62,633 nt of DNA from a bacterium. GTDB taxonomy: Bacteria > Hinthialibacterota > Hinthialibacteria > Hinthialibacterales > Hinthialibacteraceae. Position numbers and translations under genes: made by a program. Below the pieces are notes generated by a model, which had not been told where the DNA came from, ran no database searches, and was given only the letters and a program-made list of their open reading frames with translations. This document shows, piece by piece, positions 32,201 through 42,460 of the stretch. Numbering within the stretch: position 1 is the first letter of the stretch; every line of letters begins with the position of its first letter. Location: NCBI GenBank assembly GCA_963663405.2, contig CAXXSM010000099.1:1-62633 (forward strand), given 5' to 3'.

Positions 32201-35149
32201 CATGGTGCAACGAGTCACTCCATTGGAATGCATCTGATACTGGATACCATGATACTGGAGAACGACGCGGCTCTTTTCCGTCTGTTGAACGGGGATGAAA
32301 TCACGCATGAGGCTGAATTGAAGGAAACCGAAATACATGAATACATACACGTAATTGATCGTTTGATGAATCCAAACTTAATCAGTGAAATCAGTTTCTT
32401 TGATCGACAAAAACCGAATCTCATTCAATTTGTCGATTGGGACAGCATAAAAAACAGTCCAGTGGAACTCCAATACATACCGAATCGCAATATAAGTTTT
32501 TTGGATGATTCCGCGGTTCATGTACAATGGAATCCTGAAGAGGTGAAAAACGGAGAATCGGTATCCTGGGGATTGCTTTATGGTTTGGCGGGAACCGATA
32601 TCGCACCTACAAGAACACCAGACATATCAACAAATACGCCTAGGCAAATTCTAACAGAAACTCCGTCCTTTACGATACTGCCAACTCGAACATGGACAAT
32701 GACTCCATCACCTACAAATACGCTGACCTTGCCTCCAACGAAAACCGAATTTCCTACTCCAACAGAGTCTCCAACATATTTTCCAACTCAAACTGCTATA
32801 CTAACGCACACAGATACACCTTCTCCAACGAATACATCGATACCGACTCTAACGCAAACACCATCTTTTACGATACCGCCTACTCCAATATGGACAATGA
32901 CTCTATCACCTACAGATACGCTGACTCCGACTCGAACGAAAACCAACATTCCTACACTGACAGAGACCACAAAACTTCCACAAACTCATACCGCTCAACC
33001 AACGTATACACAGACTCCATCTCCGACAAAAACACCTAGATTCACTCCAACTCCGATTATACAGCATCTCTGTACAAACGATTTCTCGCTTCGTCAGTTT
33101 TTCACAATTCCACTTAGTTCGAAACCAAAAGAATTAATCTCTGATGATTTCAATGATGATGGATATACCGATTTGCTCACAACGCTACCAAATGAAGAAA
33201 AACTTCTTCTCTTCTTATCCACAGGAGATTTGCAACAGCCATTCTATGAAATCCGTCTATCCCTTGGTTATCAATGTGAATTTATATCTTCGGGTGATAT
33301 TAATGGAGATAATTTGAAAGATATTTGCGCTTTGTCCTATTTAGATGAAAAACTGACTGTGCTTTTCTCAGATGGAGAAGGAAATTTTAACGAAAAGGTA
33401 GAAACGACTATTCCCCTATACTTCATTTCTTCCTCACGACGCCAGCAACCCATCGCCTGTGCGGATACCGATGGAGATGGTAAAGATGAAATTTTTGTTG
33501 TCTATTCAGATAATTTTGATGAAATTTACCGCCTTTCGCTTTCGGAATATGGGGAAGAGTTGATACATGAAAAAGTGATTGTACCTGAAATCCAAAATCA
33601 CACGATTCAGATGATTACTATCGAACATATGGTCAGCAGGGATGATTTTGTATTGGGAGTTATCACATGGGATGATCGTTTGGTCCGCTTTTTCGAGCCT
33701 GCCAATTTCTTGGAATATACTCTTCGCGCTACCTATTCACTTGAAGATACAATCGATGGAAATACGATGTCAGCGTTTCAAGTAAGAGACGCGGACGGAA
33801 ATGCGTTGCATGATTTACTTATTCTTCCCTTTGATGGAACGGCGCGTTTGTACACGTCCTTTGCTGAACCTTTGGCTCAAAATCGCGTTGTGGATGTTGA
33901 TTTCAGCGGCGTCAGCGAGCTTGGAGCGATTTTTGATGATGCTGTGATAACTGACCTGGATAACGACCACACGATGGACATGATATACATAAGCCGAAAG
34001 AAAGGCAGTGAGCGCATCGTAATGATCTGTGTTGTTTGTGGAGAACAACCGGGTGAATTTGGTTCTTCTGTTATTTTTCCTATCGACCGTCACTCAAGCG
34101 ATCATGCAAATCTCCGCCTGGAAGCGATTGATATAGATTTAGATGGCAAAGAAGATTTAGCAATGCTCGATGATTTTACAAATGAACTTGTCATCTTTCT
34201 CAATACGTCAATACCTGTAGAACCTACGCCAAAACCAAGTATTCAACCTACGATTTTACCTACACAAACACCCTATAGCATCGATTTAACGACTAAGGAA
34301 AACTTTTCCCTAATACCGGTTGGCATAAGGATGGCGGATATTACGTTTAACGTCGATGGAACTTCTATCTTTGCTAAACCGGACGAGGGAATATTAGTCG
34401 TATCAAATGACAGCATACCAATCGATGACACAGCGATAATATCGCTTAACTGCAGGAGTAATTCAACAGATATTAGAGTTGCTGCGATTGGGTTTGACGG
34501 TGAAATGGCTTCAAACACTGTTAATTATACCAATCCCTCTGGAAATGCTCTGATAGTAGATGGCATCCAAGAAATTGATACATCGTTTTTATCTCATACA
34601 GGAAATATCATTCCAGCGTTTCAAGTTTACAATGGAGGAGAAACACCCGCTTCTGTAACGATTACTAAATTAGATACGTATAATGTCGATACGCTGATAC
34701 CAATAAATGATATTAATCTTGGAATCGATGGAAGCGTACCTAACCTGGATGGGTGGATTGGAGATTTGCTGCAATCAGGCGCTGTCGGTCCCATGTTTTC
34801 TTCTGAAAACCATTCTCAAACGAACAGTGGCAGTCTCGAACTGAGAGGACATGGAGGAATCTCAAACGCTGCGATTTCAATCGATTTGAATGAAGGAAGA
34901 CAGGTTTATGAATGTTATGTTAAACGATTTGGATCTACTGATGATAGCGCTACGTTTGTTCTGATCGTTACAGATGGTGAAATGAATACTTTTGCAAGTT
35001 TTATCTCTGCAAAAACAATTCCTACGGATCGTTGGATTAAAATTATGTGCTCCAGTACAGTACACGCAGAATCCAAAGCGTATTTAGTTGTTCAATCTGC
35101 AGGCGCGGATGTATTTGTGGATGATTTATCTGCTTATTATATAGATTGA
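29297..35149 (+). CDS. 1950-aa secreted protein: six PPC-like repeats, PT linkers, FG-GAP/VCBS repeats, shared-type C-terminal domain
   Basis: Six (LIVNDPPY..I...G..DWY..DT.I.LYGPD..NDD..YYIKV) units; DFNDDGYTD, GDINGDNLKD, DIDLDGKED repeats. Confidence 0.85.
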   Translation: MSTIISLSQRFLYTHILLIPIVFILEGNAQLSGKPIDLDTESLPYTGEISTDGEEDWYTFRTTASDNYYRIETAAVESENQADTVIELYHSDDLLDVIAFNDNAESSYFSQITIQLEALQLYYIKVTNAENGSVGYYTINVAKTDPPTPTPTSTFTLTPTPTPTDEPMVTLIVNDPPYSAQINRIGDVDWYQFSTEDYGAYFIMETHPSSDGDILDTMIFLYGPDDQTISIEKNDDKGKNDYYSRIEISLKPHSVYYIKVIEENHDDIGAYTIDVRTDIPPTPTSSPTYPPPLPTLFTPTPTWKPSATNPPPTKEIVTLIVNDPPYTGEISWPEEIDWYKFDTDDYGHYFVIETHQSAEKDILDTWIYLYGPDDQSLYIGKNDDKSENDYFSKIELHLESYSTYYIRVIETEQNDIGYYGIDVRSVIPPTPEVDPGVDNGSGDGTDNGGHGNNGAITNTPTPTSSPTPTPIVLIVNDPPYVAQITDIGETDWYLFTTLSEDGLIYSIETHQLTDGIPTDTYIYLYGPYNQQMQIDDDDDSGEDEFYSKINRLLLPDNVYFIKVHETGNNKTGDYSIDVRAEIPPTPSPTPSPITPTPEPTLAPTPTVSPTSTNSPLVTLVVNDPPYPGEISWTGEEDWYQCYAAIPDSLYTIETHYRSGYQMLDTKIYLYGPDSQELLIMENDDQSDTNYTAMISHALITGSTYFIKVIESGNNDIGVYTIDVRTSESDVTRTPSPTPTPTSTITKLIVNAPPHEAQITEKGMDHWYQFNTYSTGTHYTIETRQFPGHDVLDTEIHLYGPDSLTHLIQEHDDIDTFNYLSRIELDLETNRTYYIKVNESGDNNIGYYTIDVRTPEIILSNEYLILTAESQGRFRLKTKDGKNLLFPGDPIIKPWSSWSTVKIDGIGYSNFSNSVLGETQTLMSLVNNSQQIRGAWQIGDIELQLNLQFTKGYTSKREDNIEILWTASNHGATSHSIGMHLILDTMILENDAALFRLLNGDEITHEAELKETEIHEYIHVIDRLMNPNLISEISFFDRQKPNLIQFVDWDSIKNSPVELQYIPNRNISFLDDSAVHVQWNPEEVKNGESVSWGLLYGLAGTDIAPTRTPDISTNTPRQILTETPSFTILPTRTWTMTPSPTNTLTLPPTKTEFPTPTESPTYFPTQTAILTHTDTPSPTNTSIPTLTQTPSFTIPPTPIWTMTLSPTDTLTPTRTKTNIPTLTETTKLPQTHTAQPTYTQTPSPTKTPRFTPTPIIQHLCTNDFSLRQFFTIPLSSKPKELISDDFNDDGYTDLLTTLPNEEKLLLFLSTGDLQQPFYEIRLSLGYQCEFISSGDINGDNLKDICALSYLDEKLTVLFSDGEGNFNEKVETTIPLYFISSSRRQQPIACADTDGDGKDEIFVVYSDNFDEIYRLSLSEYGEELIHEKVIVPEIQNHTIQMITIEHMVSRDDFVLGVITWDDRLVRFFEPANFLEYTLRATYSLEDTIDGNTMSAFQVRDADGNALHDLLILPFDGTARLYTSFAEPLAQNRVVDVDFSGVSELGAIFDDAVITDLDNDHTMDMIYISRKKGSERIVMICVVCGEQPGEFGSSVIFPIDRHSSDHANLRLEAIDIDLDGKEDLAMLDDFTNELVIFLNTSIPVEPTPKPSIQPTILPTQTPYSIDLTTKENFSLIPVGIRMADITFNVDGTSIFAKPDEGILVVSNDSIPIDDTAIISLNCRSNSTDIRVAAIGFDGEMASNTVNYTNPSGNALIVDGIQEIDTSFLSHTGNIIPAFQVYNGGETPASVTITKLDTYNVDTLIPINDINLGIDGSVPNLDGWIGDLLQSGAVGPMFSSENHSQTNSGSLELRGHGGISNAAISIDLNEGRQVYECYVKRFGSTDDSATFVLIVTDGEMNTFASFISAKTIPTDRWIKIMCSSTVHAESKAYLVVQSAGADVFVDDLSAYYID

Positions 35150-35184
35150 TTTAAATTCTTGTATATATTGGAAGAAGATATATA

Positions 35185-38058
35185 ATGAAATATACAAACG
35201 TTTTATGGACACTAATGATTGTGCTGAGTTTTACTCTTTTTTTAATATTATCACCTGAAAGTAATGCACAAAATCCTATAGAGAAGTCTCTACAAAATAA
35301 TATCAACACTCCCCAAAATTTTCCGGATCCAAATTTTCGCCAGGTTGTAGAATCAATCATGAATGTCAAACCAGGTGGTGTATTTACAGCCATGGACATC
35401 GCTTCAATTGACACATTGTATTGTCCAAATAAAAAAATATCCGATATGAAAGGCATTGAATACTTTACAAGTGTTATTGGATTATATTGTGATAACAACT
35501 TACTGACTTACTTAGATCTCTCACAAAATATATCATTGAAACATGTTTCATGTGCGAATAATCAATTAATCCATTTAGAATTACCGGCAACGTCAACTCT
35601 ATTTTACCTTTATTGCCCTATGAATAGGCTCACGAGTCTGAATCTAAAAAACACAACGGAATTACAACTACTACATTGTTATGAGAATCAACTTTTGTAT
35701 TTAGATCTCTCTAGGAACAATTTTTTATATGAGTTGAATTGTTCACATAACAACTTAACGGATATAGACATTTCTAAAAATTTGCGATTAGCAACTTTAC
35801 GATGTGATCATAATCAAATATCTCATTTAGATGTTTCTTACAATACAAAATTGACAGAAGTCTATTGCAGTCATAACCTTTTGTCAAACATTACCAGTTT
35901 CGTGATTAATGAGCAATTTTCTCAACAAGATATTCTGGATATCCGGTACAACAATCTTGATTATGATGATTGGGACGATGTTTTGACATTAAGAAATCGT
36001 CTGGAAGAGGCCTATTATTTCGATTGGGGTGAAGATCTTAGATGGGGATTCGCTTATTCTCCTCAAAATGGAATTGATCCCTTTGAACTGATTGGTGAAA
36101 ACATTAATCTTCCATATTTTTTTCCAGATTCAAATTTTCGCGCAGCGGTAGAGCAATTTATGGGTGTCGATTATAGAAGTCCTTTCACGATGAAAGATGC
36201 GGCTTCAAGAATTGGTGTTTTCAGCTGTTCAAGTATGTCGATCAAGGATGTGACTGGAATTGAGTTATTAACTGGGATAACTGAACTGTATTGTTCAAAT
36301 AATGAAATAAACTATTTAGATATTTCGAATTCAAAAAATTTACGAGAACTTGCATGCGATAACAATTCGTTAACTCATTTAGACCTGACGAACAATCCCT
36401 CATTAATTTACCTCTGGTGTGAGAATAATCAACTCACTTATTTAAATGTTTCCAACAATCAAAAATTAGAAATACTCAGAATATCCTCGAACCAATTGAC
36501 CAATTTAGATATATCCTTTGCGACCAATATACATACTCTTCAGTGCAGCAGAAATCAGCTGGAGCGTATAGATGTATCGAATAACAATCTTCTAAAATAC
36601 TTTGATTGTTCGACTAATCAGCTTACCCAATTGATTTGTTCTGATCATCAATACATAACACATCTGACTTGTTATGATAATCAACTAGTCTACTTGGATA
36701 CATCAAACGCTATATCATTGTATAGTCTTTATTGCAGCGATAATCATTTGTCTAGTTTGCATGTCACTGATTCGCCATACTTAGAATTTCTCAATTGTTC
36801 AAATAATCGTTTGACAGATATCGATATTTCCAAGAATACTAAATTGATTGGATTAACATGCTCTCATAATCTGTTGAGCAACATTGACGTTAGCCAAAAC
36901 TCCTTATTATCCTTCTTAATATGCAATAATAATCACATAGATTCTATTTCAAGTATTATTGAAAGAGAGAAGAATCGAGACAGAGGTCTAATAACATTAG
37001 ATTTGCGCTATAACGATTTGGATTATGATATTTGGGATGACATATGGTTTTTAAGAAAAGTCATAGGTCCTCCTCAGTATGATTCATGGGAATCACTTGT
37101 AAGTGGTTTCGAGTATTCACCACAAAATGTATTCAATCCCTATATTTGCATGCATCCAGGGGATTCAAACCGGGATGGAAGAATAAATTTTGATGATTTC
37201 ATTACCATTTTTTCAAATTTTTTTTATAAAGATAATTTAACCGTTGTACAAAAACGATTAGACGATGTAAATCGAGATGGATCCATTACACCTCAGGACG
37301 CTCAAGAACTGTATCTACAAGCGAAATTATCTCAAAAAATTATTACTATTGATTTACCCAATTTACCTGAAAACGCGTTCCCTCTTGAAATGGTATTGAT
37401 CGAAGGAGGTACTTTTAATATGGGAACAACAGATTCATTGCGATATCCTGACGCGACACCACATCAAGTCTCATTGACGAATGACTTCTATATTGGAAAA
37501 TATGAAACAACACAAGGTCAATGGAAAGCGATTATGGGTTCACTCCCTGAAATTAATCAATCTATTGGAATTAACTTTCCTATTTGCAGTGTGACATGGA
37601 ACGAATGCCAAGACTTCATAAATAAAATAAATGACCTGGAAATAGGAACCTTCAGGCTACCAACCGAAGCCGAATGGGAATATGCTTGTCGCGCAGGAAC
37701 AACAACGCGCTTCTATTGGGGTGATGAGTGGAATATTCTCGATAATAAGATCCACGCTTGCCACACAAGGGGAGGTGGATACAATCCCGTAGGTATGATG
37801 CCTCCTAATCCATTTGGCTTATACGATATCAGCGGAAACGTGTGGGAGTGGTGTCAGGATTTTTATGCTCCGTACGCAAAGGAACCAAAGATTGATCCTA
37901 TTGGACCTAAAACCGGTGTCGATCGAGTCTATCGAGGAGGCGCTTGGGATTTATCTGCCAGTTCCTGTCAATCAGCGAATAGAGCACATGCTCCTCCTGA
38001 AAAACGTTATTTTGTCAGCATAGGATTACGTCTTGTTAAAATCTTTCCTCAAGAGTAG
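35185..38058 (+). CDS. Secreted LRR protein with dockerin-like domain and C-terminal FGE-sulfatase (SUMF1/CLec-fold) domain
   Basis: Two LRR blocks each starting FPD.NFR; GDSNRDGRINFDDF/DVNRDGSITPQDA; RLPTEAEWEYACRAG, NPFGLYDISGNVWEWC, RGGAW, GLRL. Confidence 0.88.
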   Translation: MKYTNVLWTLMIVLSFTLFLILSPESNAQNPIEKSLQNNINTPQNFPDPNFRQVVESIMNVKPGGVFTAMDIASIDTLYCPNKKISDMKGIEYFTSVIGLYCDNNLLTYLDLSQNISLKHVSCANNQLIHLELPATSTLFYLYCPMNRLTSLNLKNTTELQLLHCYENQLLYLDLSRNNFLYELNCSHNNLTDIDISKNLRLATLRCDHNQISHLDVSYNTKLTEVYCSHNLLSNITSFVINEQFSQQDILDIRYNNLDYDDWDDVLTLRNRLEEAYYFDWGEDLRWGFAYSPQNGIDPFELIGENINLPYFFPDSNFRAAVEQFMGVDYRSPFTMKDAASRIGVFSCSSMSIKDVTGIELLTGITELYCSNNEINYLDISNSKNLRELACDNNSLTHLDLTNNPSLIYLWCENNQLTYLNVSNNQKLEILRISSNQLTNLDISFATNIHTLQCSRNQLERIDVSNNNLLKYFDCSTNQLTQLICSDHQYITHLTCYDNQLVYLDTSNAISLYSLYCSDNHLSSLHVTDSPYLEFLNCSNNRLTDIDISKNTKLIGLTCSHNLLSNIDVSQNSLLSFLICNNNHIDSISSIIEREKNRDRGLITLDLRYNDLDYDIWDDIWFLRKVIGPPQYDSWESLVSGFEYSPQNVFNPYICMHPGDSNRDGRINFDDFITIFSNFFYKDNLTVVQKRLDDVNRDGSITPQDAQELYLQAKLSQKIITIDLPNLPENAFPLEMVLIEGGTFNMGTTDSLRYPDATPHQVSLTNDFYIGKYETTQGQWKAIMGSLPEINQSIGINFPICSVTWNECQDFINKINDLEIGTFRLPTEAEWEYACRAGTTTRFYWGDEWNILDNKIHACHTRGGGYNPVGMMPPNPFGLYDISGNVWEWCQDFYAPYAKEPKIDPIGPKTGVDRVYRGGAWDLSASSCQSANRAHAPPEKRYFVSIGLRLVKIFPQE

Positions 38059-38413
38059 ATACATAAAACTATTGCTTTTTAGCAACCGAATACCTGTGAA
38101 TTTTTGATCTGAATAAGAACTTGTAATTTTTTTTATTATGAATAGTCGTTTTTACATCATGAATAGTGTGGTGAGACCACCATGTAGATGATTATTTACG
38201 GAGAATAATAGATGAACTCAGATTGGATAGAATCTCTCATTCATCAAGAAAAACTAATATTAAAAGCTATTGAATCCAAAACAGATTTATAGCATGATGT
38301 AATTGAAAAATATAAATAAACATCAAAACGCCTATGATAGAAATTATACCGCATAACTAAGATCTTTGAACAGACAACAGGTTAAGCGTTCTATAAAGCG
38401 CAATAATAAAAGA

Positions 38414-39538
38414 ATGGTTATTTACTTAAATTATCACGATCGCAATCAACTTGAAGCGTTTCGGAGAAAACATCGAACCGCTCTACTTACTATCATATTT
38501 ACCGATCTCGTTCACGCGACGGAAATGAAGGATAAACTGGGGGATAGTACTGGTGTCGATCTTATCCAGCAATATTATGCGCTTGTACGAGACCTCCTTG
38601 ATCGTTTTTCCGAGGGCGAGGAAATCAAAACCGCCGGAGATTCTTTTTTGATTGTATTTGTAAAACCCTCAGATGCGGTTAAATTCTCTCTCTTACTCCA
38701 ACGCCAGCTGCGCGTTTTTTTTCAGGATAAAGCCTTCCCACTAGCAAACCGCATTGGAATTCATCTGGGTGAAGTCGTCGTTGAAGAAGAAGAGAATTCG
38801 GATAAAACCAAAGACCTGTATGGGATTCAAGTGGATACATGCGCGCGGATTCTTTCTTTGTGTGAGGAAGATCAAATACTCATTACACGATCGGTCTATG
38901 ATAACGCCCAGCAAGTCTTAAAAGGCCAGACAATCGAAGGAGTAAAAACGATCCATTGGAAAAACCATGGTTCCTTTGAAATGAAAGGACTATCTGAACC
39001 GATTGAAATCTATGAGGTGAAAGACAAAGAAATAATCGATCCTCCCCCAATAGAAGAGATTACACGCTTTCTTGAGCGCAAGCAGTCAGTCAATTTAGTA
39101 GTCCGTGGATCTGTAAAATGGCGCGAATGGATCGGATGCATCGCACGCGATCGGATCAAAGATCTTGCCATCGTTGATCTGGAAAATCCCGCCACCGTCT
39201 CTCGCCAAGGATTGCTTGTGGAAATACTTAAAGCGCTTCGCATTCCTGTGCAAATTCCTAAGGAACCAAACGATTTGGCGGAATTCTCTCGTATTCTATC
39301 CGAGCGACCATTATCACGCGTCGCGTTGACGCATTTCGATCTCGCTCCCCACCGGGAATCATACGATGTCAATTTTTACGCCGCGTTGCGGTATATGATG
39401 ATGGAATCCCGCAACCTTGTTCTCCTCATTCAATCCCGGAAGCCATTCCATACGCTGCTTCCTCCCGATAATCCTCTCTCCACGATAGACATAAAAACCG
39501 TCGAATACCAGCATCCTCATGAAACATATATTTCTTGA
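38414..39538 (+). CDS. Class III nucleotide cyclase fused to a degenerate P-loop/STAND-like domain
   Basis: IIFTDLV, EIKTAGDSFL, RIGIHLGEV, DLYGIQVDTCARI. The C-terminal ~165 aa has an NTPase-like alpha/beta pattern without an intact Walker A (inference). Confidence 0.85.
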   Translation: MVIYLNYHDRNQLEAFRRKHRTALLTIIFTDLVHATEMKDKLGDSTGVDLIQQYYALVRDLLDRFSEGEEIKTAGDSFLIVFVKPSDAVKFSLLLQRQLRVFFQDKAFPLANRIGIHLGEVVVEEEENSDKTKDLYGIQVDTCARILSLCEEDQILITRSVYDNAQQVLKGQTIEGVKTIHWKNHGSFEMKGLSEPIEIYEVKDKEIIDPPPIEEITRFLERKQSVNLVVRGSVKWREWIGCIARDRIKDLAIVDLENPATVSRQGLLVEILKALRIPVQIPKEPNDLAEFSRILSERPLSRVALTHFDLAPHRESYDVNFYAALRYMMMESRNLVLLIQSRKPFHTLLPPDNPLSTIDIKTVEYQHPHETYIS

Positions 39539-41885
39539 ACAACTCCAAACGCATGCACTTAGCCATCGAGCAGTAATCTGGTGGTTGAGTTTGCTATATC
39601 GACGTCCACAGCAGTTTTGTGATGCGCTGAAACCAATGCCACCGGTCAAACAAGTCATCAACGGCGTTATTCTTTATCTTCACTGTATTCCCTATATTAT
39701 TCTCTCCTATATCGTGGGGCGGATTTTCTTCTATGGACTTCTTGAATTATCTCCAGCGTCTCCACAGTTGAATCAACCTATTCAATTCATCTCCTACCAT
39801 TTTCATGAGTTCACTTCGGGATTGACTCTCGAAATCATGGCGGGGATCGGCGGGGGAATTGCTTCTGGAATCGCGTTAGGCGCGGCTCTCGGAATCGCCG
39901 CTGGTATAACTACGGGAATCGTTGGAGGCATCGCGGGTGGGATCGCCTTAGGGATCGCCACAGGAGTAGGAATGGAAAATGCGCTCGGATTCGCTGGAGG
40001 AATCATCGGAGGTTTCTTTACAGGAATCATCGAAGGTACCGTCATTGGGATCGTTCTCGGTATTGCCGCAAAGATTGCCTTCAATAAAACGCTAGGAATT
40101 ACCACCGGGATCATTGCAGGTATTATCGCCGGATTTGCAGAAGGAATCGCTTTAGGATTCGCAACCGGAACTGTCTATGGAATTACGTTCGGATTCGCCT
40201 TCGGTCTCGCTTTCTGCGTCGCTGGATTACGCGCCTATTATCTGTTGCTCCACCTTATATTCATATTTCCCAAACCTAGGGGGTATGCGTATCTCTATCA
40301 TCCGGTCTCTTGGGACGATCTATGCTCGATCACTTTCCCCTGGTTGGATCGTCTTTTAATCAATTACACCGAATACAAGCCGGAAGCGGGCGCAAAAGAA
40401 ATCGAACGCGTGATTAACACGTATCCTAGCCAACGCATGGAGGCGCTAAAGGCCAAAGCTACCCTTATCGCTCGCGAAGCGAAAAGGGAAACAAACCTTT
40501 CATTACTGGATTCAATTGTTGGTAATCTTCCTGAAGGTGAAGAAGGCTTTCTTAGTCAAACACCCAAAATCCGTGAAATGATCAGTGAAATCTCTCAATT
40601 GCAACGCCGTCTAGATACGCTTGAACGTCCTGTTTTCCGTGAACCGATCGCCGATTATCTACGAACCAAGATAGAGAATTTTGAGCACAGGATCAGTGGA
40701 TTCAAAGAACCTTTAATGTCAGAATTCCGTGCCGCCGCCCAGGAATGGCGAGTAATTGCCGATGAACAATGGAAGAGAGCAAAGGAGATTCTAAAGCAGG
40801 AACCTACTCCTCAAATCTTCCGCGCCGGTGATCCAGTCAACCGCTCGCAAGAAGCTTTCGTACTCCGCGCCAGTGTAATCGAGGAATTGGAAAGACAACT
40901 AATGCTCGCTTCCGGTTGTCCTGGCATTCTTTTCTATGGCAGGAGACGGATGGGAAAATCCACGATCTTGCGAAACCTCAGTGATTTCTTAACACCCACT
41001 GTCCGCGTCATCTCGATCTCCATGCAGAAACCCGAAGCGTTCACATCGATGGAATCGTTCTTTCAACTCATTGTACAAGAAATGAAAACGATCGAACCAG
41101 AGATCGAAAAAATCCAAGAAACACCTTACGATCTACCTAGTTTCTCAAAATTCCTGTCTGCATGTGACCAGATCATGGGAGCGCTGGATGGACGATTATT
41201 CATTGCGCTGGATGAGTATGAAAACATTGACGAAAAAATTGGGGATAGCGCGTTTACATTGGATCTCCTAGCAACATTTAGGGAATCGATCCAGACGAAC
41301 CGACGACTGATTTGGGCTTTTGCAGGAAGTCATCACATAACCGAATTGAAACACGCACAGTGGCCTTCTTACCTGATCAGTGTTCGGACAGTAGAAATAC
41401 CCCCGTTCACCGAATTTGAAACACGCCTACTTTTAACTGAACCAATGAAACACTCACCCATTTGGGAGAGGGAAGACTCCAAACGCCCTCGCTTCGATCC
41501 ATCCTTCTGGGGTGAAGGTGGCATTGAACGCATCCATACCGAGTCCGGCGGTTGGCCACACCTCACACAGCTCATCGCCGAAACCATAATCGATCTTCTT
41601 AACGACGAAGAAGCCGATCGAGTCACCCCCGATCTTTTAGAGCGCAGTCTTGATAAAGCAATCGTCCGAGGAGATAGCGTTCTCTATCAACTTATCGAAG
41701 GAGAATGCGTCTATCCTGGAGAGTGGGAATACCTAAATAAATATCGAAATCAGGAAACACAGTTCCCCCCAGAAGACGAAGAAATCGCAAAGTCATTAAA
41801 AAGAAGAGCGCTCATCCGTGAAGAAAACAACGAATGGAGCCTACGAGTTCCCCTTATGCAGAGATGGCTGCGAAAGCGGATCTAA
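39519..41885 (+). CDS. Membrane protein with long GxxxG glycine-zipper region, helical linker and STAND-like ATPase
   Basis: Walker A GRRRMGKST, Walker B FIALDEYE, STAND-type SGGWPHLTQL; overlaps the upstream gene by 20 bp. Confidence 0.85.
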   Translation: MKHIFLEQLQTHALSHRAVIWWLSLLYRRPQQFCDALKPMPPVKQVINGVILYLHCIPYIILSYIVGRIFFYGLLELSPASPQLNQPIQFISYHFHEFTSGLTLEIMAGIGGGIASGIALGAALGIAAGITTGIVGGIAGGIALGIATGVGMENALGFAGGIIGGFFTGIIEGTVIGIVLGIAAKIAFNKTLGITTGIIAGIIAGFAEGIALGFATGTVYGITFGFAFGLAFCVAGLRAYYLLLHLIFIFPKPRGYAYLYHPVSWDDLCSITFPWLDRLLINYTEYKPEAGAKEIERVINTYPSQRMEALKAKATLIAREAKRETNLSLLDSIVGNLPEGEEGFLSQTPKIREMISEISQLQRRLDTLERPVFREPIADYLRTKIENFEHRISGFKEPLMSEFRAAAQEWRVIADEQWKRAKEILKQEPTPQIFRAGDPVNRSQEAFVLRASVIEELERQLMLASGCPGILFYGRRRMGKSTILRNLSDFLTPTVRVISISMQKPEAFTSMESFFQLIVQEMKTIEPEIEKIQETPYDLPSFSKFLSACDQIMGALDGRLFIALDEYENIDEKIGDSAFTLDLLATFRESIQTNRRLIWAFAGSHHITELKHAQWPSYLISVRTVEIPPFTEFETRLLLTEPMKHSPIWEREDSKRPRFDPSFWGEGGIERIHTESGGWPHLTQLIAETIIDLLNDEEADRVTPDLLERSLDKAIVRGDSVLYQLIEGECVYPGEWEYLNKYRNQETQFPPEDEEIAKSLKRRALIREENNEWSLRVPLMQRWLRKRI

Positions 41886-42415
41886 AATCCTCTTTTAACG
41901 TGTCTATGAATTCTGATTTTACAGACATCTGATACAGATGAAGTATCACTGAAGATGTTAATTGAATAGATGTCTACTGACGGTTCGCTCAACTATGCCG
42001 CACTTCCGGCGCAGGAATCGCCTCACACTAATCCCGTATGGTCAAAAAAGTCGACTGAACTGTAACCACCCTTGATTAAAAGACTTGGAAAAATGACTCA
42101 TCCATGATTTCGGCCCATTGACATACTGCTTCACTGCTTCGATTCTATGGCATTTTAGATCAGAATATAGGCTATCCTTAAAATGCATGAATTTCAACTG
42201 ATGCTAGATCAGAATAGACTCCTATAAGAAATCATTAATTGAGGCTCATTGGTTGATTTCTGGAGATCCTTTTGTTTACATACAAACAAATCGTGCAATG
42301 ATCGTGCAACGTGAGGGTGGTCTGAAGGTAGTCTGAGGGTGGTGTCAACGTGAGGGCAAGGTTTTTAAGTGTTTGTAAGTTCTTAATTTACAGTAAGTTA
42401 TAAATTTGATCGAGG

Positions 42416-42460
42416 TGACTACGGATCAGGAGGTTACAGGTTCGAATCCTGTTCGGCGCG
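42416..42460 (+). tRNA. 3' half of tRNA-Arg(ACG), att-core remnant rather than a functional tRNA
   Basis: TGA-CT-ACG-GA-TCAGG anticodon region, ACAGG-TTCGAAT-CCTGT T-arm and 3' acceptor strand; the 5' half and D-arm are missing. Confidence 0.85.

Noticed and set aside
22858-33039. Val/Gly-rich or alternate-frame ORFs such as 22858-23148, 30088-30324, 32692-33039 and 32788-32970
   Set aside because: They are shadows of Pro/Thr linker codons in the real genes.
37900-38058. FGE/CLec C-terminus as a diversity-generating retroelement variable region
   Set aside because: No reverse transcriptase and no template-repeat copy seen in the window; a remote DGR cannot be excluded.
38414-39538. Calling the cyclase locus Pycsar or CBASS
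   Set aside because: The KTAGD Lys suggests adenylate specificity, and the partner is a large STAND-like protein, not a cyclic-nucleotide-binding TM or TIR effector.
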